Origin: Anaerolineae bacterium
Lineage (GTDB): Bacteria > Chloroflexota > Anaerolineae > B4-G1 > SLSP01
DNA length: 64,000 nt
NCBI GenBank assembly: GCA_026645815.1
Contig: JAPKMR010000001.1
Coordinates: 129,498-193,497 of the forward strand
Reading direction: 5' to 3'
Shown here: positions 17,896 to 28,037 of the stretch, in pieces
Numbering within the stretch: the first letter of the stretch is position 1
How the letters are laid out: each line of letters starts with the position of its first letter
The notes under the pieces: generated by a model
Told to the model about the DNA's origin: nothing
Database searches by the model: none
The model's input: only the letters and a program-made list of their open reading frames with translations
Translations under genes and position numbers: made by a program

Positions 17896-19500
17896 ATGCG
17901 ACGTTGGAATGGTTGGGGAGATGATAGTTTTATTTACGAGCTGCCCGATTCGGCGGCGCGTTACGCTCGTGAGACTCTCGGTCCAGGGCGTCCTCCCAAG
18001 GATGCCCCCCTGGATGAAGTGCTCGCACAGGTACCGGCATCGCGCCTGCCCACGCATCCACTGATCAGCACAGATGCCGAGGCGCGCGTGCGTCATGCAC
18101 GCGGGCAGAGCTTCCCGGATTGGGTCGCGATGCGCAGCGGGCAATTAGACGCATATCCCGATGGCGTCGCCTTTCCGCAGAACCGCGAGCAGGTGTGTGC
18201 GCTACTGGAGTTCGCCTCGACGCACAACATCGCCCTGATTCCCTACGGCGGCGGTTCGAGCGTTGTCGGGCATGTCAACCCGCTGGCAGGGGAACGCCCC
18301 ACCCTCACCGTAAACATGACGCGCATGAATCGCCTGACACACTTCGACCAGGAGAGTCAGTTGGCGACTTTTGGCGCGGGAGTCTCGGGACCGGAGCTGG
18401 AGGCGCAACTTCGCGCGCACGGCTACACACTCGGGCATTACCCACAATCCTTCGAATATTCCACACTCGGCGGATGGGTTGTCACCCGGTCGAGCGGGCA
18501 GCAATCGTTGCGCTACGGACGTATCGAGAAACTCTTTGCCGGTGGGCACCTGGAAACACCCACTGGACCGTTGGAATTGCCCGCCACGTTCCCCGCCTCC
18601 GCCGCAGGACCTGACCTACGGGAGCTGGTCCTCGGCTCTGAAGGGCGGTTGGGCATCCTCACCGAAGCGACCATCCGCGTGACACCGCTGCCGGAAAAGG
18701 AGACCTTCCACGCCGTATTCTTCCCCAACTTCGAGGCAGGGCGCACTGCCGTACGCGAAATCGTTCAGGCGGGCATCCCCCTTTCCATGCTACGACTCAG
18801 CACCGCCATGGAAACGGAGACCACACTGGCGATGGCAGGTCACGAGACGCTGCTAGGCGCGCTGAAGAAGTATCTCGCGCTGCGCGGCGCCGGCGACGAG
18901 CGATGTATGCTCATCGTGGGCGTCACCGGCACTGAAACGCTGACCGATGCAGCGAGCAAAGCGACCTTCGATATCACCGGCAAGTACAGCGGCGTCTATG
19001 GCACGCAGACCTTCGGGAAAACGTGGCACAAGAATCGCTTCCGGTCGCCTTATCTGCGCAACGCCCTCTGGGAAGAGGGCTACGGCATTGACACGCTGGA
19101 AACCGCGACCTCATGGAGCAATGTGCCTACGATGGTCAGAGCCATTGAGGAGGCGCTGCGCCCCAGTCTGCTGTGCAAGGATGAGTTCGTGCACGTCTTC
19201 ACCCATCTCTCCCATGTTTACCCTTACGGCTCCAGCATCTATGTACAATTTCTCTTCCGACTGGCGCCAACGCCAGAGGAAACTCTGGAATGCTGGCGCA
19301 CCTTGAAAACAGCTGCCAGCGAAGCTATCGTCGCCAACGGCGGGACCATTAGCCACCAACATGGCGTAGGCGTAGATCACGCGCCATATCTGCAAACCGA
19401 GAAAGGTGCCCTGGGGATATCCGCTATCCGTGCGGCGCTGCGAGTCTTTGACCCTCAGGGGGTCATGAATCCGGGAAAACTTATCCATCAGCAGTCATGA
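17896..19500 (+). CDS. FAD-linked oxidase of the alkyl-dihydroxyacetonephosphate synthase (AGPS)-like family
   Basis: The N-terminal MRRWNGWGDD matches the (K/R)WNGWG motif of AGPS. It also has a PCMH-type FAD-binding domain (IPYGGGSSVVG). The gene has a strong RBS, AGGAGG. Confidence 0.75.
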   Translation: MRRWNGWGDDSFIYELPDSAARYARETLGPGRPPKDAPLDEVLAQVPASRLPTHPLISTDAEARVRHARGQSFPDWVAMRSGQLDAYPDGVAFPQNREQVCALLEFASTHNIALIPYGGGSSVVGHVNPLAGERPTLTVNMTRMNRLTHFDQESQLATFGAGVSGPELEAQLRAHGYTLGHYPQSFEYSTLGGWVVTRSSGQQSLRYGRIEKLFAGGHLETPTGPLELPATFPASAAGPDLRELVLGSEGRLGILTEATIRVTPLPEKETFHAVFFPNFEAGRTAVREIVQAGIPLSMLRLSTAMETETTLAMAGHETLLGALKKYLALRGAGDERCMLIVGVTGTETLTDAASKATFDITGKYSGVYGTQTFGKTWHKNRFRSPYLRNALWEEGYGIDTLETATSWSNVPTMVRAIEEALRPSLLCKDEFVHVFTHLSHVYPYGSSIYVQFLFRLAPTPEETLECWRTLKTAASEAIVANGGTISHQHGVGVDHAPYLQTEKGALGISAIRAALRVFDPQGVMNPGKLIHQQS

Positions 19501-19554
19501 TAGCACAACGCTTGACTTGTCACTCGTGACTTTTGACTTACCGAGGAGGCACAC

Positions 19555-21294
19555 ATGCTCACACCACAATGGCGCGACGAAGTCTGGTCGAAATTGGACC
19601 AATCGTGGGATATCATCATCATCGGCGGCGGGATTACCGGCGCGGGGATTCTGCGCGAAGCCACCCGCCTGGGATTGAAGGCGCTGCTTGTCGAACAGCG
19701 CGACTTCAGCTGGGGAACCTCCAGTCGCTCTTCAAAGCTGGTCCATGGAGGCATCCGCTATCTCAAGGAAGGCAAACTGCGACTCACCCTCGCTTCCGTC
19801 CAGGAGCGCGAGCGCCTGATGGAAGAAGGTCCCGGCTTGATTGACCCATTGGGTTTCCTTCTAGCAACCTACAAAGGTGATTTTCCCGGCAAATGGACCT
19901 ATGGCGCCGGGCTTACCGTCTATGACCTGCTGGCATTACAGTGGAGCCACACCTATTACAGCGCCGCAGACTTCGAGATGCTTGCTCCGCGCATCGCGCG
20001 TAAGGGGCTTGAGGGCGGTTGGCGTTATGGCGATGCACAGACGGATGACGCGCGCCTGGTTCTGCGGGTCATCTTCGAAGCGGTTCTCGCTGGCGGCGCC
20101 GCACTAAACTACTGCCGCGCGGACACTTTGCTCCGCGAAGAGGGGCGTGTGACCGGTGTAAAGCTGCAAGACCAGGTCACCGGGCGCAGCGCGGAGACGC
20201 GATCTCGGGTGGTGATCAACGCTACAGGTGCGTGGGCAGATACGCTTCGAGCGCAGGTTGGTGCATCTCCACGCATTCGCCCATTGCGCGGAAGTCACCT
20301 CATCTTTGCTGCGTGGCGCTTCCCTATAGCCCAAGCGGTCAGTTTTCTGCACCCCGTGGACCGTCGTCCGGTCTTCATCTTCCCCTGGGAAGGAATCACA
20401 CTGGTGGGAACCACGGATCTCGACCATGAGCAAGCCCTCGATGCAGAACCGCATATCACCCCGGAAGAAGTCGCTTACCTGATGCAAGTCGTCGAGGCAC
20501 ATTTCCCGGCATTGCAGCTCGGCCTCGATGATGTGATCAGCACTTTCGCGGGCGTCCGCCCGGTGATTGACAGCGGCAAAACCGACCCGAGCAAGGAATC
20601 CCGCGACCATGTAGTCTGGAACGAGGCAGGGCTACTCACCGTAACCGGCGGCAAGCTCACGACCTTCCGGCGTATTGCCCTCGACGCACTCAAGGCGGCG
20701 CAGACACAGATTCCCTCGATGCCCGAACTCAATGACAATATGCCCGTGCTCAATCCTGTGAACACCCCGCTGCCCAACGGCAACACTTTGACCCGAGCGC
20801 AACGCCGCCGGCTACTCGGTCGTTACGGTGCAGCTGCCCCCGCACTGGTGCGTGCTGCGCAGTCTGGGGAGCTGGAACCTATCCCTGGCACGGAAACCCT
20901 CTGGGCAGAACTGCGCTGGGCAGCGCGCAGCGAGGGCGTAGCACACCTGGATGATCTATTCCTGCGGCGTACCCGAATTGGCTTACTGCTCCCCGAAGGC
21001 GGCGCCGCCCTGCTCGAAGACGCCCGTCGCATTTGCCAGACAGAATTAGGTTGGGATGACGCCCGCTGGGATACGGAAACTGCCGCATACCGGGAACTCT
21101 GGAAAGGCTGCTACAGCCTCCCACCCCGCGAAACCATTCCAGACTGGAAACCCACCCTGCTCGCAGCGCAGGAGCGCCGCGAAGCCAATCTGCCGCGGCG
21201 CCGCAAAAAGATTGCTGCTGGCACCATCGCCGGCATCCTGTTGGGTTTGGCGACAGTGGTGGGCGTGCTATACTGGCGCAAAAGAAAGTCATGA
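19555..21294 (+). CDS. glpD: FAD-dependent glycerol-3-phosphate dehydrogenase with a C-terminal TM anchor
   Basis: [14 protein letters not shown] dinucleotide fold, [23 protein letters not shown]. An extra tail, [32 protein letters not shown], follows. Confidence 0.82.
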   Translation: MLTPQWRDEVWSKLDQSWDIIIIGGGITGAGILREATRLGLKALLVEQRDFSWGTSSRSSKLVHGGIRYLKEGKLRLTLASVQERERLMEEGPGLIDPLGFLLATYKGDFPGKWTYGAGLTVYDLLALQWSHTYYSAADFEMLAPRIARKGLEGGWRYGDAQTDDARLVLRVIFEAVLAGGAALNYCRADTLLREEGRVTGVKLQDQVTGRSAETRSRVVINATGAWADTLRAQVGASPRIRPLRGSHLIFAAWRFPIAQAVSFLHPVDRRPVFIFPWEGITLVGTTDLDHEQALDAEPHITPEEVAYLMQVVEAHFPALQLGLDDVISTFAGVRPVIDSGKTDPSKESRDHVVWNEAGLLTVTGGKLTTFRRIALDALKAAQTQIPSMPELNDNMPVLNPVNTPLPNGNTLTRAQRRRLLGRYGAAAPALVRAAQSGELEPIPGTETLWAELRWAARSEGVAHLDDLFLRRTRIGLLLPEGGAALLEDARRICQTELGWDDARWDTETAAYRELWKGCYSLPPRETIPDWKPTLLAAQERREANLPRRRKKIAAGTIAGILLGLATVVGVLYWRKRKS

Positions 21295-21314
21295 CCGCAC
21301 TCTCAGGAGCTACC

Positions 21315-22892
21315 ATGGCGAAAGACCTCATTCTCGCTCTGGATAACGGGACGCAATCTGCGCGGGCACTAATCTTCGACCTGCATGGGACGTTAGTGCA
21401 CAAGGTGCAAGTCCCCTTCACACCCTATACTTCACCACAACCAGGTTGGGCTGAACAAGACCCGGAAGTCTTCTGGGGAGCGCTCTGCACGGCGTGCCGG
21501 CAGCTCTGGCAGCAGCGTCCCGAGTTGCGGGATGCCATCGCCGGTGTGGCTTTGACCACACAACGCTCAACCATCATCAACGTGGATGCACAAGGGACTC
21601 CCTTGCGCCCCGCAATTGTCTGGCTTGACCAGCGCCGTACGGCGGGGGTCAAACCAGTGAAAGGATTGTGGGGCTTAGCTTTCGCCCTCAGCGGGATGTC
21701 GAAAACCGTCGCCTACCTCCAGGCAGAGGCGGAGATCAATTGGCTGCAACGCCACCAACCAGAGGTGCTGCAGGCGACGCACAAAATCCTCTACCTTTCC
21801 GGCTATCTCACGCACCGGCTGACCGGGCGCTTTGCAGATTCCGTAGGTTGCCAGGTAGGGTACCTGCCCTTCGATTACAAAGCGCTCACCTGGGCCCAAG
21901 CATGGGATTGGAAGTGGCGCGCAGTGCCCGTAGACCCACAGCTGCTGGTGGAGCTCATTCCACCTGCCGGGCAGCTCGGGGAAATCACCGCTGCTGCTGC
22001 CGCTGCGACAGGCATCCCAGAAGGGTTACCGCTAATTGCTGCCGCCGCCGACAAAGCCTGCGAGGTCATCGGCAGCGGTGCGCTCGACCCGCACATCGGT
22101 TGCCTGAGTTACGGCACCACTGCCACGATTAACACGACCCAGAAACGCTACGTCGAGATGATTCCCCTCATCCCACCTTACCCCTCCGCAGTGCCGGGCG
22201 CCTACAGTTTGGAGCTGCAAGTGTACCGGGGCTATTGGATGGTAAGTTGGTTTAAGCAGGAATTCGCACACGAGGAGCGCCGCCTGGCAGAAAGCCATGG
22301 GGTCGAACCGGAGACACTCTTCGACCATCTTGTAGCGGAGGTAGAACCTGGCGCCAAGGGGCTGATGCTGCAACCGTACTGGTCACCGGGACTAAAAGTG
22401 CCCGGTCCGGAGGCTAAAGGCGCGATCATCGGCTTTGGCGATGTTCACACGCGCGCGCATCTCTACCGCGCCATCCTCGAGGGGTTGGCATACGCCCTGC
22501 GTGAGGGGATGGAACGCACGGTGCAGCGCAGCGGCACACCCCTTACAGAACTGCGAATTTCCGGAGGAGGCTCACAGAGCAATGCAGCGATGCAGCTCAC
22601 TGCGGATATCTTTGGGTTACCTGCCATACGCCCACACACCTACGAGACTTCAGGCTTGGGTGCAGCGATGGATGCCGCAGTGGGATTAGGGTTATACCCG
22701 GATTTTGAGAGCGCCGTTGCGGAGATGGCCCATCAGGGCGAAGTCTTTGAGCCTGACCCCAAAACCCGCGACCTGTACGATGGCTTGTTCCACCGGGTTT
22801 ACAAACGCATGTACAAGCGGCTCAAGCCGTTGTATGAGGAGATACAGGAGATTACAGGATATCCGGGAAAAGGTGATGAACCGGAAAACTAA
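21315..22892 (+). CDS. FGGY-family carbohydrate kinase (substrate unknown)
   Basis: [19 protein letters not shown]-terminal actin-fold motif and a C-terminal [24 protein letters not shown]. The ATG at 21315 follows AGGAG. An alternative ATG at 21291 overlaps the glpD stop (ATGA). Confidence 0.8.
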   Translation: MAKDLILALDNGTQSARALIFDLHGTLVHKVQVPFTPYTSPQPGWAEQDPEVFWGALCTACRQLWQQRPELRDAIAGVALTTQRSTIINVDAQGTPLRPAIVWLDQRRTAGVKPVKGLWGLAFALSGMSKTVAYLQAEAEINWLQRHQPEVLQATHKILYLSGYLTHRLTGRFADSVGCQVGYLPFDYKALTWAQAWDWKWRAVPVDPQLLVELIPPAGQLGEITAAAAAATGIPEGLPLIAAAADKACEVIGSGALDPHIGCLSYGTTATINTTQKRYVEMIPLIPPYPSAVPGAYSLELQVYRGYWMVSWFKQEFAHEERRLAESHGVEPETLFDHLVAEVEPGAKGLMLQPYWSPGLKVPGPEAKGAIIGFGDVHTRAHLYRAILEGLAYALREGMERTVQRSGTPLTELRISGGGSQSNAAMQLTADIFGLPAIRPHTYETSGLGAAMDAAVGLGLYPDFESAVAEMAHQGEVFEPDPKTRDLYDGLFHRVYKRMYKRLKPLYEEIQEITGYPGKGDEPEN

Positions 22893-22928
22893 ATCACGTG
22901 GACACGGCAAGCCGTGTCCACGTGATTT
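22891..22928. repeat. Perfect 17-bp hairpin between convergent genes (related to the GTGGAC hairpins)
   Basis: AAATCACGTGGACACGG / CCGTGTCCACGTGATTT with loop CAAG. It starts inside the kinase stop codon. There is no T-run on the + side and a T-rich stretch on the - side. Confidence 0.8.
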
Positions 22929-22982
22929 ATGGAATGACCCAAAGTCTCAGCACCTGACACGCACAACGTTTTACGTCTCTCT

Positions 22983-24464
22983 TTACAACATCATCTTGTT
23001 GAGAATTGCGCGACGATAAACCTCTTCGTAAGCTTTGGCGCTCTCCTCCCAAGAGAAGTTCTGGGCCATTGCCGCTTGAATCATCTGTTGAATATGCTGA
23101 GGACGATCGAAGTAAGTGCTGACAGCCCACCCCACCGTGTAATAGATGCCACTGGCACTAGGCTCCCAGAATTTGAAGCCCGTTCCTGCACCCGTCGCCT
23201 CATCGTACTGCTGCACTGTGTCATTCAAACCGCCGGTTGCCCGGACAATGGGCAGCGTTCCATACTTGAGCGAGTAAATCTGGTTCAAGCCGCACGGCTC
23301 ATAACGCGAAGGCATAATGAAGAAATCGCTGCCTGCCTCGATGAGATGCGCCAACGAGTTATTGTAACCAATATACGTGCCAATTCTGCCAGGATAGCGC
23401 GTTGGCAAATTGCCATAATAAGATTCTAAGGCTTTATCGCCAGATCCCAGAATCACAAACTGCACCCGCATTGCTTGCACCATCCCTTCGATGGCAGCAG
23501 CGAGCAAATCCAGGCCCTTTTGATCCGCCAGGCGACTCACCACACCTACTATGGGCATATCCGGCGCTACCTCAAGCAGGAATTGCCGCTGCAAAGCCGC
23601 TTTGCAGGCAGCCTTCCCACTGAGGTCCTCTGCCGAGTATTGCGCAGGGATCAGCGAGTCCACAGCAGGGTTCCACTGACTGTAATCCACGCCATTCAGA
23701 ATGCCCACGTAGTTAGGCCCTTTATCGTTTAGGTAAGGCGCCATCCCGTAGGCGTATTCCGAGGTACGCGTCTCATCTGCATACGTAGGGCTGACGGTGT
23801 TGACCATATCCGCGTAAACAATGCCGCCCTTGAGGAAGTTGATCCGTCCATGATCTTCGAGTTTATCAGAAGTGAAATTGCCCCACTGTAAGCCGAGGTA
23901 GTCAAAATGCTCCGCACCATACACACCCTGATAACCAATATTGTGAATGGTCAGAACGCTTGCCGCGTTGCCCAGAATGGGATCGTTCCAATGCCAAACC
24001 CTGAGATAGGGCGCCGCCAGGGCTGCCTGCCAATCATGCGCGTGAACGATATCAGGGACAAAGCGAATGTCCTTGCAGAGCTGCAACGCCGCGCGGGTGA
24101 GGAAAGCAAAACGACGCGGATTATCGCCAAAGTCGTTGAATTCCGCATCGTGATACAGCCCATCACGGTCGAAGTATTTTTCCGATTCAATGAAATACAC
24201 CGGTACTGTGTCATCCATCCGGGTCGCATGAACCGCGCACCATTCCTCAGTATCTCCCATCCATACACCCATAGGAGACATGAAGGGTTCATTTTTGTGC
24301 TTCTGGACGTTCACGGCGCGATATTTGGGCAGCACGACAATCACCTCGTGCCCTAAAGCCACGAGCGCTTGCGGCAGCGCGCCAACCACATCGGCAAGCC
24401 CTCCGGTTTTAGCGTAGGGGACACATTCGGAGGAAATCATGACAATTCGCAGCTTCGATTTCAT
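22983..24464 (-). CDS. glgA: Glycogen synthase (ADP-glucose type)
   Basis: RIVMISSECVPYAKTGGLADVVGALP N-terminus and a GT5 body with EPCGLNQ. The start is ATG 24464 after GAAGGAG. Confidence 0.9.
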   Translation of the reverse strand: MKSKLRIVMISSECVPYAKTGGLADVVGALPQALVALGHEVIVVLPKYRAVNVQKHKNEPFMSPMGVWMGDTEEWCAVHATRMDDTVPVYFIESEKYFDRDGLYHDAEFNDFGDNPRRFAFLTRAALQLCKDIRFVPDIVHAHDWQAALAAPYLRVWHWNDPILGNAASVLTIHNIGYQGVYGAEHFDYLGLQWGNFTSDKLEDHGRINFLKGGIVYADMVNTVSPTYADETRTSEYAYGMAPYLNDKGPNYVGILNGVDYSQWNPAVDSLIPAQYSAEDLSGKAACKAALQRQFLLEVAPDMPIVGVVSRLADQKGLDLLAAAIEGMVQAMRVQFVILGSGDKALESYYGNLPTRYPGRIGTYIGYNNSLAHLIEAGSDFFIMPSRYEPCGLNQIYSLKYGTLPIVRATGGLNDTVQQYDEATGAGTGFKFWEPSASGIYYTVGWAVSTYFDRPQHIQQMIQAAMAQNFSWEESAKAYEEVYRRAILNKMML

Positions 24465-24494
24465 AAGCAACTCCTTCGATCAGGGTTATACTGG

Positions 24495-24531
24495 CTTCAT
24501 CGCGCTGCGGCTTTGCCGCAGCGCGATGAAG
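24495..24531. repeat. Perfect 17-bp GC-rich hairpin downstream of the ATPase gene
   Basis: CTTCATCGCGCTGCGGC / GCCGCAGCGCGATGAAG with loop TTT. In the - strand RNA the uridine tract precedes rather than follows the stem, so it is not a canonical intrinsic terminator for the ATPase gene. Confidence 0.75.
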
Positions 24532-24569
24532 TACAAAAAAGAGGTTGTGAATGCAAAACTTGCCGGAAC

Positions 24570-27143
24570 CTAAAAAGCTGGCACCGTCTGTGTTTGCGTT
24601 ACCGCGCCCACCTGATAGACAATCTGCCAGTGCGGCGCCCACGCCAGGGCAAAGAGCGCCACATTGACGTCGGTTCGACGCGGCTTGATAGCAACTTCCT
24701 CCAGGTCTCCCAAAGTCCGCTCCCAATTCGCGGTAATCTCTTCGGTCTGTACCTTGAGTTCCTCCTGCATGTTTAAGAGGTCTGCCTGCACGGCTTCCAC
24801 CTGCTCTTCAGCCGCCTCGATATCATGCTTGACTGTCGCAGAACGCGTGACCTTATTGACCGCAGCGGAAACGGAGCGCCGCCGCCCAGAAAACAGGTTG
24901 AAAACCGTCTCACCGGCGGAGATAAGTGCATCCTGCTTGCGCGCACGCGCGTCCGCCTCTTTCTTGGTTAGCGTTGCCTGCGCCCTGCGCAGGCGATCTT
25001 CTAGAGTATTGATGCGACTCGCGTACTTCGCCCGCAGCTTATCCACCTCTGCATCGCGCGCCTCGCGCGCTGCCTGATGGAGGCGCATCTTGAAGTCACG
25101 ATCCGACTCCCCATAACTCGAATAGAGTTTCGTCGCCGGGCTGTACTGCAAGGTCAAAGTAGAAGCGCGATAAAGGTGATCCTCAAGGCTCTTGCGTTGC
25201 GCTGTCAGCTCGCGCGCCTCGTTCAAGGTCTCGGGAATACTGTCGAAGAGCGCATCCGGTTCAGGCGCGGTGAGCAAATCCCGAGCGGAAAGCGAAAGCG
25301 CCTGGGCGTTCTCCCAGCGGACAATGCCCAAGCCTTCAGGCGGCTGAGCCAGGAAGGCGAATTCCTCCGCTTCGTTCACCGAGTACGCCGCAGCTTGCTT
25401 CACATAATGCACGCGCCCCACCCCTAACAGCGCGGGGATATAGAGCAACTGCCGTTGCTTAACTTCCACACGCGGACCGGCGCTCTCCTCAACCTCAGCA
25501 ACCGCCGAGGAGGCGCCTTTGCGCAATGGCAGGAAAACTTGCTGCACGCCATCGGGAAGCAGTGGCGGTGTGCTCATATAGCCAGAAGCCGTTGCGGCAG
25601 GTGTTGCCGCAGCACGCGTCGGCGCGACAGGTGCAGGCGTTACAGGCGTAGCTACCGCCGTCTCGGGTACAGCTGTGGGAGTGGCGCGAACCTCTAGAGG
25701 TGTTGCCGGTTTAGGCGCTGGCGCAATTTCAGCACTGCGACCCGCCATCAGCTCACGCACCTGCGAACGGGTGAGCGGTCCACGCAGATAGCTCATCGCC
25801 CAGCGGGTCTGGAACACCACCGGCGCATCCTCATGGACGTTATGGAGCAAGAAGACACGGTTGCCCAGTTTGCTGATCAACTGCGCCATCTCTGAGCGAT
25901 TTAGCGCCTGACCAGCCTCAGCAGATGCGGTTACCAGGCCATCCAGCAACCGCTCCTTATCGCGTTCCGCTTGAAGTCGCCCAATAAACCAGGTACCGGC
26001 GTTGGTCAAACCTTTGTAATCCAGGTCTGCCGGATTCTGCGTGGTCAACACCACCCCCACGCCGAAGGCGCGCGCCTGCTTCATCAGCGTGAGCAGAGGC
26101 TTTTTGCTGGGCGGATTCGAGATGGGAGGGAAGAAACCAAAAATCTCATCCATGTAGAGCAAAGCCCGCAAGCTCGTGGTCCCCGGTTGCGTACGAATCC
26201 AGGTAATCAGCTGGTTGAGCAGCATGGTGACAAAGAACATCCGCTCGGCATCGCTCAGATGGGCGATATAGAAAATCGAATGACGGGTTCTGCCATCCGG
26301 AGTGCTAAAAAAGCTGGGGATATCTAGCGGTTGCCCCTGAAGCCAGCTCTGGAAGGAAGGGGAAGCAATGATATTGTTGATCGTCATCGCCAGGCCAAAA
26401 CGGTCCTTCTGTGGAAAGAAGGTATCCACATCAAAAACCCCAAGTTGCCGAATCGGCGGGTTCTGAATGGCGAGAATGATCTTGGGCAGGTCCAGGTTTT
26501 CACCGTTGCGCCAATGATGCTCGAAGATATTGGAGAGCAGAATGTGCTCCCGCGAGCGAACGGGGTCGGCATCAATGCCCACCAATCCCAGTAAGGCGCT
26601 CACCGTTCCCTGAATACGTTCGCGCAGCAGCTCAGCGTCTGTATCCCAACTGAGCGGCGGCGCCTCGAAAGAGTGCATGATGGAGATGGGAATACCCGCG
26701 TCGCTGCCGGGAGTATAGACGACGAAATCGGCGGTATCGCGCAGCATGCGAATGCGCTGCCCATCCTGCCCCCACTCCGCAAGCCCCTTGCGCCAGAGCG
26801 CTGCTTGCGCACCGGCAAACTCCTCGACGCTCAAACCCTTGCGACGCGCGTCATCCACGTTCACCCAGGGTTGGAAGTCCTCCGGCAACAAATCGGGGAA
26901 CATCAACAGCAAATTGGTGATGTCCCCTTTCGGATCAATCAACAGAGCAGGGACATGATCAATCGCCGCCTCTTCGAGCAAATCCAGACACAAACCGGTC
27001 TTACCACTGCCCGTCATACCCACACAGACTGCATGTGTAGTCAGGTCACGGGCATCATACATCACTAGTTCATCGGTCAACTGGTTCTTAGCCAAATCGA
27101 ACACTTTTCCAAGATAAAAAGCTCCCAGTTTCTCAAAATCCAT
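24570..27143 (-). CDS. HerA/FtsK-superfamily P-loop ATPase, 857 aa, with Pro/Ala/Thr linker and coiled-coil C-terminal region
   Basis: Walker A GMTGSGKTG, Walker B ALLYMDEIFGF, and TTQNPADLD. These are followed by PAPKPATPLEVRATPTAVPETAVATPVTPAPVAPT and then charged heptad-like stretches (KLRAKYASRINTLEDRLRRAQATLTKKEADARARKQ). RBS AAGGAGG. Confidence 0.7.
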   Translation of the reverse strand: MDFEKLGAFYLGKVFDLAKNQLTDELVMYDARDLTTHAVCVGMTGSGKTGLCLDLLEEAAIDHVPALLIDPKGDITNLLLMFPDLLPEDFQPWVNVDDARRKGLSVEEFAGAQAALWRKGLAEWGQDGQRIRMLRDTADFVVYTPGSDAGIPISIMHSFEAPPLSWDTDAELLRERIQGTVSALLGLVGIDADPVRSREHILLSNIFEHHWRNGENLDLPKIILAIQNPPIRQLGVFDVDTFFPQKDRFGLAMTINNIIASPSFQSWLQGQPLDIPSFFSTPDGRTRHSIFYIAHLSDAERMFFVTMLLNQLITWIRTQPGTTSLRALLYMDEIFGFFPPISNPPSKKPLLTLMKQARAFGVGVVLTTQNPADLDYKGLTNAGTWFIGRLQAERDKERLLDGLVTASAEAGQALNRSEMAQLISKLGNRVFLLHNVHEDAPVVFQTRWAMSYLRGPLTRSQVRELMAGRSAEIAPAPKPATPLEVRATPTAVPETAVATPVTPAPVAPTRAAATPAATASGYMSTPPLLPDGVQQVFLPLRKGASSAVAEVEESAGPRVEVKQRQLLYIPALLGVGRVHYVKQAAAYSVNEAEEFAFLAQPPEGLGIVRWENAQALSLSARDLLTAPEPDALFDSIPETLNEARELTAQRKSLEDHLYRASTLTLQYSPATKLYSSYGESDRDFKMRLHQAAREARDAEVDKLRAKYASRINTLEDRLRRAQATLTKKEADARARKQDALISAGETVFNLFSGRRRSVSAAVNKVTRSATVKHDIEAAEEQVEAVQADLLNMQEELKVQTEEITANWERTLGDLEEVAIKPRRTDVNVALFALAWAPHWQIVYQVGAVTQTQTVPAF

Positions 27144-27211
27144 AGGTTATGACCTCCTTAATAAGGTTGTTTTCTCTTCCAATGGTATTCGCGCAGGTCA
27201 CAGACAAAGGC

Positions 27212-27787
27212 TCAAACGCGGCGACCGCCCTTGAGCGCAGTCTGCAACGACGCCAACGCCTCCCAATCTCCTTGGGCGGCAAGCTCCGCCTGCTGGGGCC
27301 AGGTATCGGGATTCATGAAGCGCAGTCCAGCAGTCTGCAGAGCCTCGCGCAGATGCTCGGGCGTCGCAGCAGCCAACTCAGCAAAAGTGCTCACCCCCGC
27401 GGTGTTGAGTAACGCCGCCACTTTGGGACCAATGCCCGCGATGCGACATAGATCATCAACAACAGGTGTGATAGCATCCTTTGAGGTATCACCCTCCCGC
27501 GCTATGGCTGTCTCCGCCACTGCCGGGAGGACCGGAGGCGTTTCGGCTTCAGCCAGCGTCTCCGGCGCCTGCGGGGTACTGACAATTGGAATCTCAATCG
27601 GCTCCGGTTCCACCTCCACCCGTGTAGGCGATGGAGAGACTTCAGAGCCGGGCGCCACCCAACGTGTGCGGAGAGCGGCACGCTGCTGCCACAAACGCAA
27701 CACCCCCCAGCCCGCCAGCACAATACCAACGCCCACCCATCGTAAATAGCGTCCACGCTGCGTTCGAGTTCGTGATTGGTTTTCCAT
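27212..27787 (-). CDS. N-terminally membrane-anchored protein with a C-terminal helix-hairpin-helix (COG3743/H3TH-like) domain
   Basis: TM segment WVGVGIVLAGWGVLRLW, a Pro/Glu-rich linker, then DDLCRIAGIGPKVAALLNTAGVSTFAELAA...WPQQAELAAQGDW. It lies 68 nt upstream of the ATPase on the same strand. RBS AAGGAGA. Confidence 0.6.
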   Translation of the reverse strand: MENQSRTRTQRGRYLRWVGVGIVLAGWGVLRLWQQRAALRTRWVAPGSEVSPSPTRVEVEPEPIEIPIVSTPQAPETLAEAETPPVLPAVAETAIAREGDTSKDAITPVVDDLCRIAGIGPKVAALLNTAGVSTFAELAAATPEHLREALQTAGLRFMNPDTWPQQAELAAQGDWEALASLQTALKGGRRV

Positions 27788-28037
27788 GGCAGCTCTCCTT
27801 TGAAATCAGCATGACAAAGGCATAAGCAGGTCCGTGAGAGACCTCGCTCACTACTACAACTAGTTCCGGTTGAATCTACCTCAGTATAATGTGCTTTTTG
27901 AAGAAGGTCAATTGCTCAAAAAAATGGTAATCACTCAGCTACCACCTCTTCTACACCGTTTGCCTCACCCAGCGTGAAACCTCACGCCACTCAACAACGT
28001 ATGAATAATACAAACACATAACTGGAGGCGACATAAC

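Noticed and set aside
24495-24531. Treating all GC-rich hairpins as rho-independent terminators
   Set aside because: Several lack a T-run on the transcribed side (24495..24531, 54893..54933, 22891..22928 on the + strand). One, 52951..52999, is between divergent genes. Only those with a following U-tract were called terminators.
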